A stretch of DNA of 64,000 nucleotides from an uncultured Candidatus Saccharibacteria bacterium (GCA_964413015.1 CAYPQZ010000008.1:37387-101386), one strand, 5' to 3'; positions 54,846 to 64,000 are shown, numbered from the stretch's first letter. Numbers and translations: made by a program. The notes: generated by a model not told the origin, from the letters alone.

Positions 54846-55726
54846 GATTTAAAATTTAAATTAAGTTCTTCTAAAATGTCTTCGGTTTGGGAAACTAATT
54901 TAGCTCCCATTTTAATAAGCTGGTTGGGGCCGAGAGAATTTGGGGAAAGGATAGAACCGGGAATTGCAAACACCTCTCGGTTCTGTTCTAAGGCGTTCCG
55001 GGCGGTAATTAAAGCGCCGCTTTTTTCCGGAGCTTCAATAACTAAGATACCTAAGCTTAAGCCGGAAATAATCCGGTTGCGCTGGGGGAAATTCTGGGCC
55101 AGCGGCTTGGCGCCGATTGGAAATTCACTGATAACGGCTCCGTTTTGAATAATCTCTTCAGCTAATCCTTGGTTGACAAAGGGATAAATACTGGCTTGGT
55201 CTATCCCGGACCCTAAAATGGCGACAGTCCGTTGATTTGTCTCAAGGGCGGTCCGATGGGCAATCGTATCAATACCTTTAGCCAGGCCGCTCACAATAGT
55301 TAAGCCGGACTTGGATATTTCTTTGGTGATTAATTTAGTAATTCTACTGCCGTATTCGGATGATTTTCTGGTGCCGACAATACCCAAATACCTGTCAGCT
55401 GGTTTTAATTCACCGCGGACATAAAGCGTGGCCGGCGGAGCGTATATTTCCTTGAGCAGTTTAGGGTAATTCTTGTCCTGAATGGTAATCAAGCTGATTC
55501 CATGTTTATCCAACTTTTCCATTTCCCAATCAGGATTAATTTTATAGCGTTTTTTTCTAATTTGTTCAAGGGCTGATTCGGTTAAGCCGGCCTTTTTAAG
55601 TTCTTTAACATCTGCTGACCAGGCTTTGCCCAGAGATTTAAAGTAGGCGAGCAGTTTTTTAAACCCGACGGGACCGATTCCGCCGATTAAGTTAAAGGCG
55701 TTGAAATATTTGGCTTCTTGAGGCAT
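54842..55726 (-). CDS. dprA: DNA processing protein DprA (Smf)
   Basis: 294 aa with a Rossmann-like motif (GIVGTRKSSEYGSRITKLITKEISKSGLTIVSGLAKGIDTIAH). Confidence 0.85.
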   Translation of the reverse strand: MPQEAKYFNAFNLIGGIGPVGFKKLLAYFKSLGKAWSADVKELKKAGLTESALEQIRKKRYKINPDWEMEKLDKHGISLITIQDKNYPKLLKEIYAPPATLYVRGELKPADRYLGIVGTRKSSEYGSRITKLITKEISKSGLTIVSGLAKGIDTIAHRTALETNQRTVAILGSGIDQASIYPFVNQGLAEEIIQNGAVISEFPIGAKPLAQNFPQRNRIISGLSLGILVIEAPEKSGALITARNALEQNREVFAIPGSILSPNSLGPNQLIKMGAKLVSQTEDILEELNLNFKS

Positions 55727-55743
55727 AATCTAGGAAGTTTGAC

Positions 55744-55803
55744 AAGGACAGTCTTTAAAATTACGTCCTTGTTCCAAGGAGCATAATTTTAAGGACTGTC
55801 CTT
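55744..55803. repeat. Palindromic P element copy (about 20 bp upstream of the dprA start, abutting a consensus promoter)
   Basis: AAGGACAGTCTTTAAAATTACGTCCTTGTTCCAAGGAGCATAATTTTAAGGACTGTCCTT. Confidence 0.7.
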
Positions 55804-55813
55804 TAATTAGGGG

Positions 55814-55841
55814 TTGACAAATTCTGTCATTTTGATATAAT
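55814..55841 (+). promoter_or_regulatory. Near-consensus sigma70 promoter (TTGACA-16-TATAAT)
   Basis: TTGACA 55814-55819, a 16-nt spacer, TATAAT 55836-55841. It drives a ~165-nt structured leader and the small ORF at 56016. Confidence 0.55.
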
Positions 55842-55852
55842 ATGGATAGTTT

Positions 55853-55984
55853 TTAGCCCTTATCAGCCTGCCTAGTGAGTCGCTGATGTCGAACAACCCC
55901 TCCTAATGTTTGATTAAGCATAAATTTGGGGATGGCTGCTTTTGTAGCTTCTTTCCAAAACTCCTAGGCGGGCTGACAAGGGCT
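55853..55984 (+). ncRNA. Candidate structured 5' leader/cis-regulatory RNA closed by a 23-bp long-range helix
   Basis: UUAGCCCUUAUCAGCCUGCCUAG (55853-55875) is the near-exact reverse complement of CUAGGCGGGCUGACAAGGGCUAA (55962-55984), with 1 G-U wobble and 1 mismatch. It encloses about 86 nt and lies between a consensus promoter and the RBS-bearing ORF at 56016. Confidence 0.35.
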
Positions 55985-56015
55985 AAATTATAGTTTCTTT
56001 AACAAGGAGGAAATT

Positions 56016-56267
56016 ATGAAAAGAAAAATCTTTAGTTGGATTTTAGGATTTTTTGGATTACTGGGTTTTGCTATGATTCTTGCGTCAGCAATTGTCTCTT
56101 GGCTGGTAAATTCGTTTTTCTCAGAAGCTAAGGTGATGACTATCAGTGGTTTTCTATTACTAGTTGTCGTTTTAATCATTGGATTGCTTTTTCGTGAAAA
56201 AGAATCTATGCCATGGGATGAAAACTGGCAAAAAATTGTAAAAGGGAAAAGGGGAGTACATAGATAA
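56016..56267 (+). CDS. Small two-TM membrane protein (hypothetical)
   Basis: 83 aa with a strong RBS (AAGGAGG 8 nt upstream) and two hydrophobic helices. Confidence 0.4.
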   Translation: MKRKIFSWILGFFGLLGFAMILASAIVSWLVNSFFSEAKVMTISGFLLLVVVLIIGLLFREKESMPWDENWQKIVKGKRGVHR

Positions 56268-56278
56268 TAGCAAAATTT

Positions 56279-56791
56279 TTATAAGGTCGCTAATATTAAA
56301 TTAGCGGCCTGTTTTATTACCTGTTCAGCAATTACTTCTTCTTCCGTCGTGAATTTTTGGAGAACAAACTTCTCAACATTAAGCTGTTTGGCTTGGGCCG
56401 GCCGGACGCCTATTCTTATTCGGATAAAATCTTTACTGTTCAGCGAATCAATTATTGATTGAACGCCTTTGTGTCCGGCCGCTCCTCGTCCCTGCTGAAC
56501 TTTAATTTCTCCCAAAGGTAAATCAATATCGTCGTGAATAACTAAAATGTCCTCAACAGGAATTTTGTAATAATCAGCGATTGATTTTACGGCGGCTCCT
56601 GAATTGTTCATAAAGGTTTGCGGCTTAGCCAGAATAACTTTTTGATTTTTGATTTTCTTTTCGGAAATCTTCGCGTTAAAGGCCGATTGGAATTTTTCAG
56701 CTAGTTCGTCTATTGCTCTAAATCCGAGATTATGACGGGTTTTTTTGTATTTGATTCCTGGATTCCCCAGGCCGACAATTAATTTCATCAT
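56279..56791 (-). CDS. pth: Peptidyl-tRNA hydrolase
   Basis: 170 aa starting MKLIVGLGNPGIKYKKTRHNLGF, the canonical Pth motif. Confidence 0.9.
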   Translation of the reverse strand: MMKLIVGLGNPGIKYKKTRHNLGFRAIDELAEKFQSAFNAKISEKKIKNQKVILAKPQTFMNNSGAAVKSIADYYKIPVEDILVIHDDIDLPLGEIKVQQGRGAAGHKGVQSIIDSLNSKDFIRIRIGVRPAQAKQLNVEKFVLQKFTTEEEVIAEQVIKQAANLILATL

Positions 56792-56818
56792 ATGTTTATA
56801 AGGAAGGTCTTTAGAAAT

Positions 56819-57868
56819 TTAAGGACTATCCTTGATTGCTTCTTTAATATACTCTTTGATTTCTCCATAGTTTCCTTGTCCTTCTTTTGGATAAACAACC
56901 GAAGCTCTTTGTTCTCCGAACATTAATTGTCCACCGACTAACAGATTAGTTTCTTTTTTATCAATTACCAAGCTAACTATTTTATCTGCTCCGATATCTT
57001 TAGCTGTTTGCCAAAGCGACTTTATCTTTAACAAGCTCAAGTCGGTTTCAATATGGTCGTTTAGAGAATTAAAAATTTTCAGGTAAGTCGGAAAATCCCA
57101 GAGTGGATTTAAGGACAGAACTTTTTGCTTGATAAGCTGGATAATCTGCTGCTGTCTGGCCATTCTGTCAAAATCTCCGTTAGGAGAGGTATATCGTGTG
57201 CGGACATATTTAAGAGTTGTTTCGCCGTCTAAGTAACGCCAACCGGCCGAAAGGTTGAAAGCCTGATAGGAATAATTAGGGCCGGGGAAATAGGGGTCTT
57301 GGATATCCTGCGGCACATAAACATTCAGGCCGTCAATTACTTCAATAACTTCTTTAACCACAGCTAGGTCAACAATTACGTGATGGTCAATAAACAATCC
57401 AGTAATCTCTTGTATTTTTTCCTTAAGGCATTCAATCCCACATCTGGCATAAAGCGAATTTATTTTCGTCAAAGCTTCCTGACCGGGAATTCTAACCAGC
57501 AAGTCGCGAGGCAGAGAAATTAAAACGGCTCTTTCCTGATTCGGTATTAAGTGTGCCAGAATGATAGTATCAGTTAATTTTTGTCCGGAATATCCGGCAC
57601 CCGGACGGCCGAGAACTAAAACATTGGTAGCCAATACATCTTTTTTATCAGCTAGCGAAATTGGGATTAAATTGATAGCTATTTTGTTTTTGTCTGTATC
57701 TTGATTGGCGGAAATTTCAATTGAAGAAGATGGGATTAATTGAAAAATTAAGATTATGGAAGAAGCCACAAGCAAAACAAAAACAACTAAACAGGCAATT
57801 TTCATTTTTCTTTTGTTCTCTTCGCGGCGTTTTTTTTCTAAGAAATTAATTTGTTTAGCTTGAGACAT
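56819..57868 (-). CDS. LytR-CpsA-Psr (LCP) family cell-envelope phosphotransferase
   Basis: 349 aa with an N-terminal TM and an LCP core (NVLVLGRPGAGYSGQKLTDTIILAHL ... YVRTRY). Confidence 0.8.
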   Translation of the reverse strand: MSQAKQINFLEKKRREENKRKMKIACLVVFVLLVASSIILIFQLIPSSSIEISANQDTDKNKIAINLIPISLADKKDVLATNVLVLGRPGAGYSGQKLTDTIILAHLIPNQERAVLISLPRDLLVRIPGQEALTKINSLYARCGIECLKEKIQEITGLFIDHHVIVDLAVVKEVIEVIDGLNVYVPQDIQDPYFPGPNYSYQAFNLSAGWRYLDGETTLKYVRTRYTSPNGDFDRMARQQQIIQLIKQKVLSLNPLWDFPTYLKIFNSLNDHIETDLSLLKIKSLWQTAKDIGADKIVSLVIDKKETNLLVGGQLMFGEQRASVVYPKEGQGNYGEIKEYIKEAIKDSP

Positions 57869-57930
57869 TTTTTTATTGTAGCATTTAAAATAATTAAAGG
57901 ACAGTTTAAAAATTTAAGGAAGGGGAAACT

Positions 57931-57990
57931 GATAAGAACAGTCCTTATCGTCAGCGTATTCCAAGTGACATCATTTTAAGAATTGTCCTT
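57931..57990. repeat. Palindromic P element copy (diverged) in the divergent LCP/lepB promoter region; preceded by AAGGACAGTTTAAAAATTTAAGGA submotif at 57891-57920
   Basis: GATAAGAACAGTCCTTATCGTCAGCGTATTCCAAGTGACATCATTTTAAGAATTGTCCTTTAATTAG. Confidence 0.55.
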
Positions 57991-58038
57991 TAATTAGCAA
58001 ATGCTTTACTTTAAACGAAAATTTGATAGAATATATCT

Positions 58039-58560
58039 ATGTTCAAAAAAGCTTTTGTTTTTCTTTGGGAGGCTCTCAAAATAGTCGTAGTCTCCTTGGC
58101 CATTATTATTCCAATCCGATATTTTCTAATTCAGCCTTTTTTTGTTCGTGGCGCTTCCATGCTTCCGAATTTTGACAATGGAGAATACCTAGTTATTAAT
58201 GAAATCGGTTATCGCTTTGAAACTCCGCAAAGAGGACAGGTTATTATCTTTAAATATCCCTTAAATCCTTCGCAGTATTATATTAAAAGGATAATCGGTC
58301 TACCCGGCGAAACCGTTGAAATTAAAAATGGCCGGGTTTTTATTCAGGGTGCTGTCTTAGACGAATCTGATTATCTGCCTGAAGGCAGAGCCACTTCAGG
58401 GAATCTTAAGGTTGAGCTGGGACAAAAAGAGTATTTTGTCTTGGGAGACAACCGTTCGGCTAGCTCTGATTCACGGCAATGGGGAATTTTGCCAAGAGAA
58501 AACATTATTGGTTTTGTCTGGATAAGGGCTTGGCCGTTTGATACGTTTGAAGTATTTTAA
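58039..58560 (+). CDS. lepB: Signal peptidase I
   Basis: 173 aa with a TM, the catalytic Ser box (VRGASMLPNF), the Lys box (YIKRIIGLPGE) and GDNRSASSDSR. Confidence 0.85.
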   Translation: MFKKAFVFLWEALKIVVVSLAIIIPIRYFLIQPFFVRGASMLPNFDNGEYLVINEIGYRFETPQRGQVIIFKYPLNPSQYYIKRIIGLPGETVEIKNGRVFIQGAVLDESDYLPEGRATSGNLKVELGQKEYFVLGDNRSASSDSRQWGILPRENIIGFVWIRAWPFDTFEVF

Positions 58561-58568
58561 GCAACGAG

Positions 58569-59873
58569 ATGCCATCTAAACCAAAAGTAAAAACAAGGAC
58601 TAAAAGAAATTTTCAGGCCCCCAAAGGAATGAGGGATATTTTACCTGGAGAACAAATTTATTGGGGCAAAGTTGAACAGACAATTAAAAATTTAGCGGAT
58701 ACTTATGGATTTAACCTTATCACAACACCTATTCTTGAAGATTCAGAACTCTTCATCAAAGGCACTGGCATCTATACTGATGTTATTGAAAAAGAGATGT
58801 ATTTCCTTAAAACTAAAGGAGGCGATAAATTGAGCCTGCGTCCGGAATTCACTCCGGCTATCATCAGGGCTTATTTAGAAAATGGATTATCCAGCTTGCC
58901 TCACCCGGTAAAATTATATAGCCTAGGTCCCATTTTCCGTTATGAAAAGCCTCAAAAAGGACGCTACCGACAGTCATTTCAGGCTAATTTTGAGATCATT
59001 GGAGAAAAAGACCCAATTCTTGATGCTCAATTGATTCAATTATGTTTTTCTATTAACAATAGCTTGGGTCTTAAAAATTTAATTACTCAAATTAACAGTA
59101 TCGGCTGTTCTAAATGTCGACCAGCTTACCGAAAGGCCTTAATGAACTTTTATAGGAGCAGGAAGAAAGATCTTTGTCTTAATTGCCAGAAACGTTATCG
59201 ACAGAATCCTTTAAGGTTGCTGGATTGCAAAGAAAAAAAATGTCTTCAAATATCCGGACAAGCGCCACAGACCGTTGATTATCTGTGTGAAGAATGTCGT
59301 GACCATTTTAAGAGCGTTTTGGAATATTTGGACGAGTTGGAAATCCCGTACATTTTAAATTCACGTTTAGTCAGAGGATTGGATTACTACAGTAAGACGG
59401 TCTTTGAAATTTGGCCGGAAGATGAAGAAGGTCGGCAAATTGCTTTGGCTGGCGGCGGGCGCTATGATAAACTAGTAAAGCTTTTAGGAGGGCAGGACAC
59501 TCCGGCGACCGGCTTTGCTATAGGATTAGACAGGGTGGTCAATCGAATGAAAGAAAAAAATGTTAAAGTTTCTCAAAAAAATCGTCCGTTGATTTTCCTA
59601 GTCCAATTGGGAGATTTGGGCAAAAAAAGGTCCCTGAAACTTTTTGAAGATTTACGGAAGAGCGGTTTAAGAACATCTGCTTCATTTAGCCAGAATACTA
59701 TCACTTCTCAATTAAAAACAGCCAATTGGCTTCAGGCAAGTTTTTCTTTAATTTTGGGACAAAAAGAAGCCTTAGATGGGACAGTCATTATTAAAGATAT
59801 GGCTTCCGGAAGCCAGGAAATTGTTCCTTTGGAGAAAGTGATTGATAAATTGAAGAAAAAAATAAAAAAGTAA
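58569..59873 (+). CDS. hisS: Histidyl-tRNA synthetase
   Basis: 434 aa class IIa aaRS with motif 1/2 (FRYEKPQKGRYRQSFQANFEIIG) and motif 3 (GGGRYDKLV) plus a C-terminal anticodon-binding domain. Confidence 0.9.
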   Translation: MPSKPKVKTRTKRNFQAPKGMRDILPGEQIYWGKVEQTIKNLADTYGFNLITTPILEDSELFIKGTGIYTDVIEKEMYFLKTKGGDKLSLRPEFTPAIIRAYLENGLSSLPHPVKLYSLGPIFRYEKPQKGRYRQSFQANFEIIGEKDPILDAQLIQLCFSINNSLGLKNLITQINSIGCSKCRPAYRKALMNFYRSRKKDLCLNCQKRYRQNPLRLLDCKEKKCLQISGQAPQTVDYLCEECRDHFKSVLEYLDELEIPYILNSRLVRGLDYYSKTVFEIWPEDEEGRQIALAGGGRYDKLVKLLGGQDTPATGFAIGLDRVVNRMKEKNVKVSQKNRPLIFLVQLGDLGKKRSLKLFEDLRKSGLRTSASFSQNTITSQLKTANWLQASFSLILGQKEALDGTVIIKDMASGSQEIVPLEKVIDKLKKKIKK

Positions 59874-59881
59874 GCATTTTT

Positions 59882-60322
59882 ATGAAAGAGTGTATTTTTT
59901 GTAAAATTGTTTCCGGGGAAGTGCCTAGCTATAAAGTGTACGAAGACATCAATTATCTAGCCTTTCTGGCCATTCCTTCACTTAATCCGGGGCATACCTT
60001 GGTAATTCCCAAAAAACATATTCGCTGGGTCTGGGACTTGCCGATTGGCAGGAAATCATCGCCCAATTTAGGGGAATATTATGAGATTGTCGGCAGGATA
60101 GCCAAGGCAATCAGAAAATCGTTGAAAACTGACTGGTTGGTTTCCTTGGTTATTGGCGAGGAGGTCTCTCATGCTCACGTTTGGCTGGTTCCGAGGCTTA
60201 ACAATGATGGGCACGACGGCTCTCTTGATTTAAAAAATGTTAAAAAGTTAACTAACCAGGAGATGAAACATCAAGCGGAAAGTATAAAAAAAGAGTTATC
60301 AAATTATGGAAAACAACAATAA
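59882..60322 (+). CDS. HIT family (histidine triad) hydrolase
   Basis: 146 aa with CIFCKIVSGEVPSYKVYED and the triad region SHAHVWLVP. Confidence 0.8.
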   Translation: MKECIFCKIVSGEVPSYKVYEDINYLAFLAIPSLNPGHTLVIPKKHIRWVWDLPIGRKSSPNLGEYYEIVGRIAKAIRKSLKTDWLVSLVIGEEVSHAHVWLVPRLNNDGHDGSLDLKNVKKLTNQEMKHQAESIKKELSNYGKQQ

Positions 60323-60560
60323 ATTTCCAAACAAAGAAGAATTAACTTTAAGTTCAAAGAAAAAATGGCTTTGGCTGGGCGTGATCATTGCTTTAGTAAA
60401 CCCTATTTTTTCAGGATTGATTATCGGTTTGGCTTTTTGGACTGAGCCAAGGCTGAAAAAGGAAGCCAAAACCATTTTGGCAATTTCTATTGTTTGGGGA
60501 TTAATTATCATTTATCTGTCGCGTTGGCTTATTGAACAAGGATTTCTGCCTGTTTACTAA
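60306..60560 (+). CDS. Small two-TM membrane protein (hypothetical)
   Basis: 84 aa with two hydrophobic helices. It overlaps the HIT stop by 17 nt. Confidence 0.3.
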   Translation: MENNNKFPNKEELTLSSKKKWLWLGVIIALVNPIFSGLIIGLAFWTEPRLKKEAKTILAISIVWGLIIIYLSRWLIEQGFLPVY

Positions 60561-60561
60561 A

Positions 60562-61686
60562 ATGATTAACAGAAGATTTTTTGGCGCTACGGCTACTTTA
60601 ATCGGGACTATCGTTGGGGTAGGTATTTTTGGCGTTCCTTATGTAGTCGCTAAATCAGGCTTTTTAATCGGCCTGATTCTTTTGTTTGTTCTAAGCGCAA
60701 CTGCCCTTTTGCTTCATTTAATCTACGGAGAAATTGTCTTACGCACTCCGGGCAAGCATCGTTACGTTGGTTACGCCGATATATATTTGGGACAGTGGGG
60801 CAAGCGACTGACTACTTTTACTAGCATCTTTATTTTTTATGGAGCCCTGCTTTCTTATCTAATCGTTGGAGGAAAATTTCTTCAGACAATTTTCGGCGGT
60901 TCAGAGCTATTTTGGGGTCTAATCTTTTTCGCCATTTGCTCGTCGGCTATATTTTTCGGCTTGCGGGTAATTTCGCAAATGGAAATTATGATGAGCTTAT
61001 TTTTAATGATTGTAATTATCCTTATATTTTTTAAGGGATGGCCGGCCCTTGAATGGACTAATTTAACTACTCTGGATTGGCGATATTTTCTTCTGCCTTA
61101 TGGAGCCATTCTTTGGGCGGCTACCGGATGGACAGCTATTCCGGAGATGAAAGAAATTTTCAAGCAAAAATGCGGGCTTTTTAAGAAAGCCATTATTTGG
61201 GGGACTCTTTTACCCGCTTTCCTCCATTTCCTTTTTGTTATGACAGTTGTTGGAGTAACCGGTGGCCGAACTTCACCTGAGGCCATCAATGGATTGGTTG
61301 AGTTTTTAGAAAACCACACGGTTATTTGGGGAGCTGTTTTCGGTATTTTGGCAGTCGCCACCTCTTTTTTAATTATTGGATTAGCCTTGAAGAAAGTCTA
61401 CTGGTATGATTACAAAATTAACAAGCATTTATCTTGGGTTTTAACCTGTTTCATCCCCTTAGCTATTTATTTATTCTATATACGTGATTTTGTTTTAGTA
61501 ATAAGTTTTTTAGGCGCTACCTTATGCGGATTTAACGGTATTCTTTTGGTTTTGATTCACCATAAGGCCCGTAAAAAAGGCCAGCGCCAGCCGGAATATT
61601 CGCTTAAGCTTCATCCGGCTTTTTATTACGGTCTGATTACGATTTTGACTACAGGCATTATTTATCAAATCATTTGTGTTTTTTAA
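60562..61686 (+). CDS. Amino acid permease (HAAAP/aromatic amino acid permease-like, about 11 TM)
   Basis: The N-terminal RRFFGATATLIGTIVGVGIFGVPY resembles the TyrP/Mtr family. The start at Met 60562 avoids overlap with the preceding ORF. Confidence 0.5.
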   Translation: MINRRFFGATATLIGTIVGVGIFGVPYVVAKSGFLIGLILLFVLSATALLLHLIYGEIVLRTPGKHRYVGYADIYLGQWGKRLTTFTSIFIFYGALLSYLIVGGKFLQTIFGGSELFWGLIFFAICSSAIFFGLRVISQMEIMMSLFLMIVIILIFFKGWPALEWTNLTTLDWRYFLLPYGAILWAATGWTAIPEMKEIFKQKCGLFKKAIIWGTLLPAFLHFLFVMTVVGVTGGRTSPEAINGLVEFLENHTVIWGAVFGILAVATSFLIIGLALKKVYWYDYKINKHLSWVLTCFIPLAIYLFYIRDFVLVISFLGATLCGFNGILLVLIHHKARKKGQRQPEYSLKLHPAFYYGLITILTTGIIYQIICVF

Positions 61687-61782
61687 GATGAACCAATTGA
61701 GAGTAACCAGTGGTCAATTGGGGACTGTCCCCAATGTTAATAAAGCTTGTCAAATAGATAAAAAAAGAGTATAATAAAGTTA

Positions 61783-62283
61783 ATGGAAAAAGGTAAAAGA
61801 GAAACTTACAAAAGCCCGACTAAAGGAAGAATGGGAATAAAAAAAGTGGCTAATGAAATAGCCGGGTATATTGAAGAGGATGACGAATCAAAGTACTATC
61901 TGATTGTAGGGACTGATTCAGCCGGCATTAAACGGGCTGATTTTGTTACTGCGATAATTGTTCAGCGGGTAGGCAAAGGAGGCCGTTATTTTTGGAAAAA
62001 GACAAATGGCGGCAAAATCTACCATACTTTGCGTGACAGGATTTACCAGGAAGTTAATCTTTCTTTGCAGGTCGCTCAAGATATTCTCGGGCAACTACAG
62101 TCAATTAAAAATCCCGGGCCAAGGCCCCATTATGATTTTCAAATTCATATCGACGTCGGACAAAATGGTCCGACTCGGGAGATGATAAAAGAAGTGGTTG
62201 GCATGGTTAGGGGCAATGGTTTTATGGCGAAAATAAAACCGGAATCCTACGCCGCTTCTAGTATTGCTGATAAGTATGTTTAA
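61783..62283 (+). CDS. Hypothetical protein, possibly RNase H-like fold (DUF458/YkuK-like); weak call
   Basis: 166 aa. The LIVGTDSAG motif is reminiscent of RNase H-like nucleases. It sits in a housekeeping context. Confidence 0.3.
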   Translation: MEKGKRETYKSPTKGRMGIKKVANEIAGYIEEDDESKYYLIVGTDSAGIKRADFVTAIIVQRVGKGGRYFWKKTNGGKIYHTLRDRIYQEVNLSLQVAQDILGQLQSIKNPGPRPHYDFQIHIDVGQNGPTREMIKEVVGMVRGNGFMAKIKPESYAASSIADKYV

Positions 62284-62444
62284 AAATTGAAGTTTTGTTT
62301 ATTCAAAGCCGCTGTTAAGCGGCTTTTCTTTTAGAGAAAATTTTGGTATTATATATCTACGAATTACGGATTTTTTACGAATATACGAAATAATTTAATC
62401 AATTTATTCGTATATTTATATTTTTCGTATTTCGTAGCTTTTTA

Positions 62445-63794
62445 ATGAAATTACATTTTTACGGAGGCGCTAAATGGGTGACTGGCGCTAATTATTTATT
62501 AGAAACCAACCAGACCAAAATTCTAGTCGATTGCGGTTTGTTTCAGGGCGGCCGGGACGCCCGCAAAATGAACCAGCAGGATTTTCCTTATAAACCCTCC
62601 GAGATTAAGGCGGTTTTAATAACTCATGCCCATATTGACCATATCGGCCGCCTGCCCTACCTGATTAAAAAGGGATTTAAAGGCAAGATTTTTGCCACTC
62701 GGCCAACTAAGGATTTTGCTCGGGCGATGCTTTTTGATGCTGAGGAAATTAATTATGAAATAAGCAAAACAACCGGTCAGGAGTATTTCTATAATAAGTC
62801 AGACGTGGAGAAAACTTTGGCGCTTTTTCAGGGAATTGACTATGGCGAAAAAGTTGAATTAGGCAAAGATATTTCCTTTTGTCTCCGAGACGCCGGTCAT
62901 GTTTTAGGCTCGGCGATAATTGAAGTCTGGGCCGAAAATAAAAAAGTGGTTTTCTCTGGAGATTTAGGCAATCCCCCGGTTCCGGTGTTAAGGCCAACCG
63001 AGTTTATTAAAAAAGCGGACTATGTGTTGGTTGAATCAACTTATGGCGATCGTCTTCATGAAGACAAGGAACAGCGCAAGGATTTATTGGAAGACGCTAT
63101 TGAAAGCACAATTACTCGAGGCGGGACTTTACTAATTCCCAGTTTTGCCTTAGAAAGAACCCAGGAAATTCTTTACGAGCTTAACGAACTGATTGAGAAT
63201 CATCGTATTCCAAAAGTGCCTGTTTTCCTTGATAGTCCTTTAGCAATTAAGTTAACCGAGATTTACAAAAAATATCCGGAGTATTTCAATCAAGAGGCCG
63301 TTTCCTTGATTAAATCCGGTGACCAGCTTTTTGAATTTCCCGGATTTAAAATGACCCGAACGACCGTTGAATCCAAGGCGATTAATTTAGTCAATCCGCC
63401 TAAAATAATTATTGCTGGTTCGGGAATGTCCACCGGCGGCCGGATTATGCACCACGAGATTAGGTACTTGTCTGATCCCAAAAACACATTTTTAATTATT
63501 TGCTATCAGGCCCCGGGAACTTTAGGCAGGAAAATTTTAGACGGGACTAAACAAGTAGAAATATTTGGACAACAGATTCCTAATAAGATACAAATTAAGG
63601 CTATTGGAGGTTATTCAGCTCATGCTGACCAAGAGTCTCTTTGTTATTGGGTTAGACAGATGAAGGATACTTTGAAAAAAGTTTTCATTGTTCAGGGAGA
63701 GGAAAAAGCGGCCTTAGCTTTATCGTGCCATATAAGAGATCATTTAGGCCTTTCGACTGAAGTCCCGGAACACGGTCAGGTTTTTGAGCTTTGA
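62445..63794 (+). CDS. MBL-fold beta-CASP ribonuclease (RNase J/CPSF-like RNA-metabolising metallo-beta-lactamase)
   Basis: 449 aa with HAHIDHIG (HxHxDH), a downstream His/Asp and a beta-CASP region. Confidence 0.75.
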   Translation: MKLHFYGGAKWVTGANYLLETNQTKILVDCGLFQGGRDARKMNQQDFPYKPSEIKAVLITHAHIDHIGRLPYLIKKGFKGKIFATRPTKDFARAMLFDAEEINYEISKTTGQEYFYNKSDVEKTLALFQGIDYGEKVELGKDISFCLRDAGHVLGSAIIEVWAENKKVVFSGDLGNPPVPVLRPTEFIKKADYVLVESTYGDRLHEDKEQRKDLLEDAIESTITRGGTLLIPSFALERTQEILYELNELIENHRIPKVPVFLDSPLAIKLTEIYKKYPEYFNQEAVSLIKSGDQLFEFPGFKMTRTTVESKAINLVNPPKIIIAGSGMSTGGRIMHHEIRYLSDPKNTFLIICYQAPGTLGRKILDGTKQVEIFGQQIPNKIQIKAIGGYSAHADQESLCYWVRQMKDTLKKVFIVQGEEKAALALSCHIRDHLGLSTEVPEHGQVFEL

Positions 63795-63873
63795 CTCCGT
63801 AGAGAAATTTTGAATATTTTTAATTTAAATTTTAACTTTGTTAAAATTTGTTTCAAAATTCTTCTACGGTGCT

Positions 63874-63902
63874 TTGACAAAAATTATAAAAGACAGTAAT
63901 AT
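63874..63902 (+). promoter_or_regulatory. Sigma70-like promoter at the window edge
   Basis: TTGACA (63874-63879), a 17-nt spacer, TAATAT (63897-63902). It follows a long inverted repeat (63801-63881) downstream of the RNase gene. Confidence 0.35.
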
Positions 63903-64000
63903 TAACAAATGGAACGGAAAACCTATTTGAAATACAAAATTTGCGTTTCCGGGGCGGCCGAAACCAAGCATTGCAGTAAGGGGGCTTTGGAACTATCCAA

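Noticed and set aside
1-64000. CRISPR arrays, rRNA genes, transposase/integrase genes, phage or defence-system genes
   Set aside because: No regularly spaced direct repeats with unique spacers, no rRNA-like conserved stretches, and no recognisable transposase, integrase, restriction-modification or toxin-antitoxin proteins were found among the ORFs. The dispersed repeats seen are short, non-coding palindromes.

Overview
This is a low-GC, gene-dense bacterial chromosomal window containing the replication-origin neighbourhood (rpmH-rnpA-yidC-jag, divergent from dnaA-dnaN). Gene content is almost entirely core information processing. It holds six aminoacyl-tRNA synthetases (argS, ileS, glyQS, metG, leuS, hisS). 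It also has ruvB/ruvC/yebC, xseA/xseB, topA, dprA, recO, holA, parAB, rel, smpB plus tmRNA, infC-rpmI-rplT, pth, lepB and one tRNA-Leu(CAA). The style resembles a streamlined Patescibacteria/CPR-type genome: DUF11 surface protein, a ComEA-PKD-LTD fusion, a fused tandem PilB/GspE ATPase and a class A PBP. This placement is an inference from gene architecture only. The most unusual locus is a three-gene operon at 10866-14339 on the minus strand. It encodes a 7-TM membrane protein, a RimK-like ATP-grasp ligase fused to a retropepsin-like (PF05618-type) domain, and a second ATP-grasp ligase. This matches a computationally predicted but experimentally uncharacterised peptide-ligase/tagging system. 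Other points of interest: an isoleucyl-tRNA synthetase with an embedded histidine-phosphatase (PGAM-like) domain, and a 27-codon upstream ORF that duplicates the LeuRS N-terminus and overlaps the leuS start. There are several families of dispersed intergenic palindromic repeats, including a ~190-bp inverted pair bracketing an 8.2-kb housekeeping segment. A consensus sigma70 promoter drives a ~165-nt leader closed by a 23-bp long-range helix. infC probably starts with AUU, and the tmRNA carries a putative ANENLAFATA tag. No CRISPR arrays, rRNA genes, obvious mobile-element genes or defence-system genes were seen.
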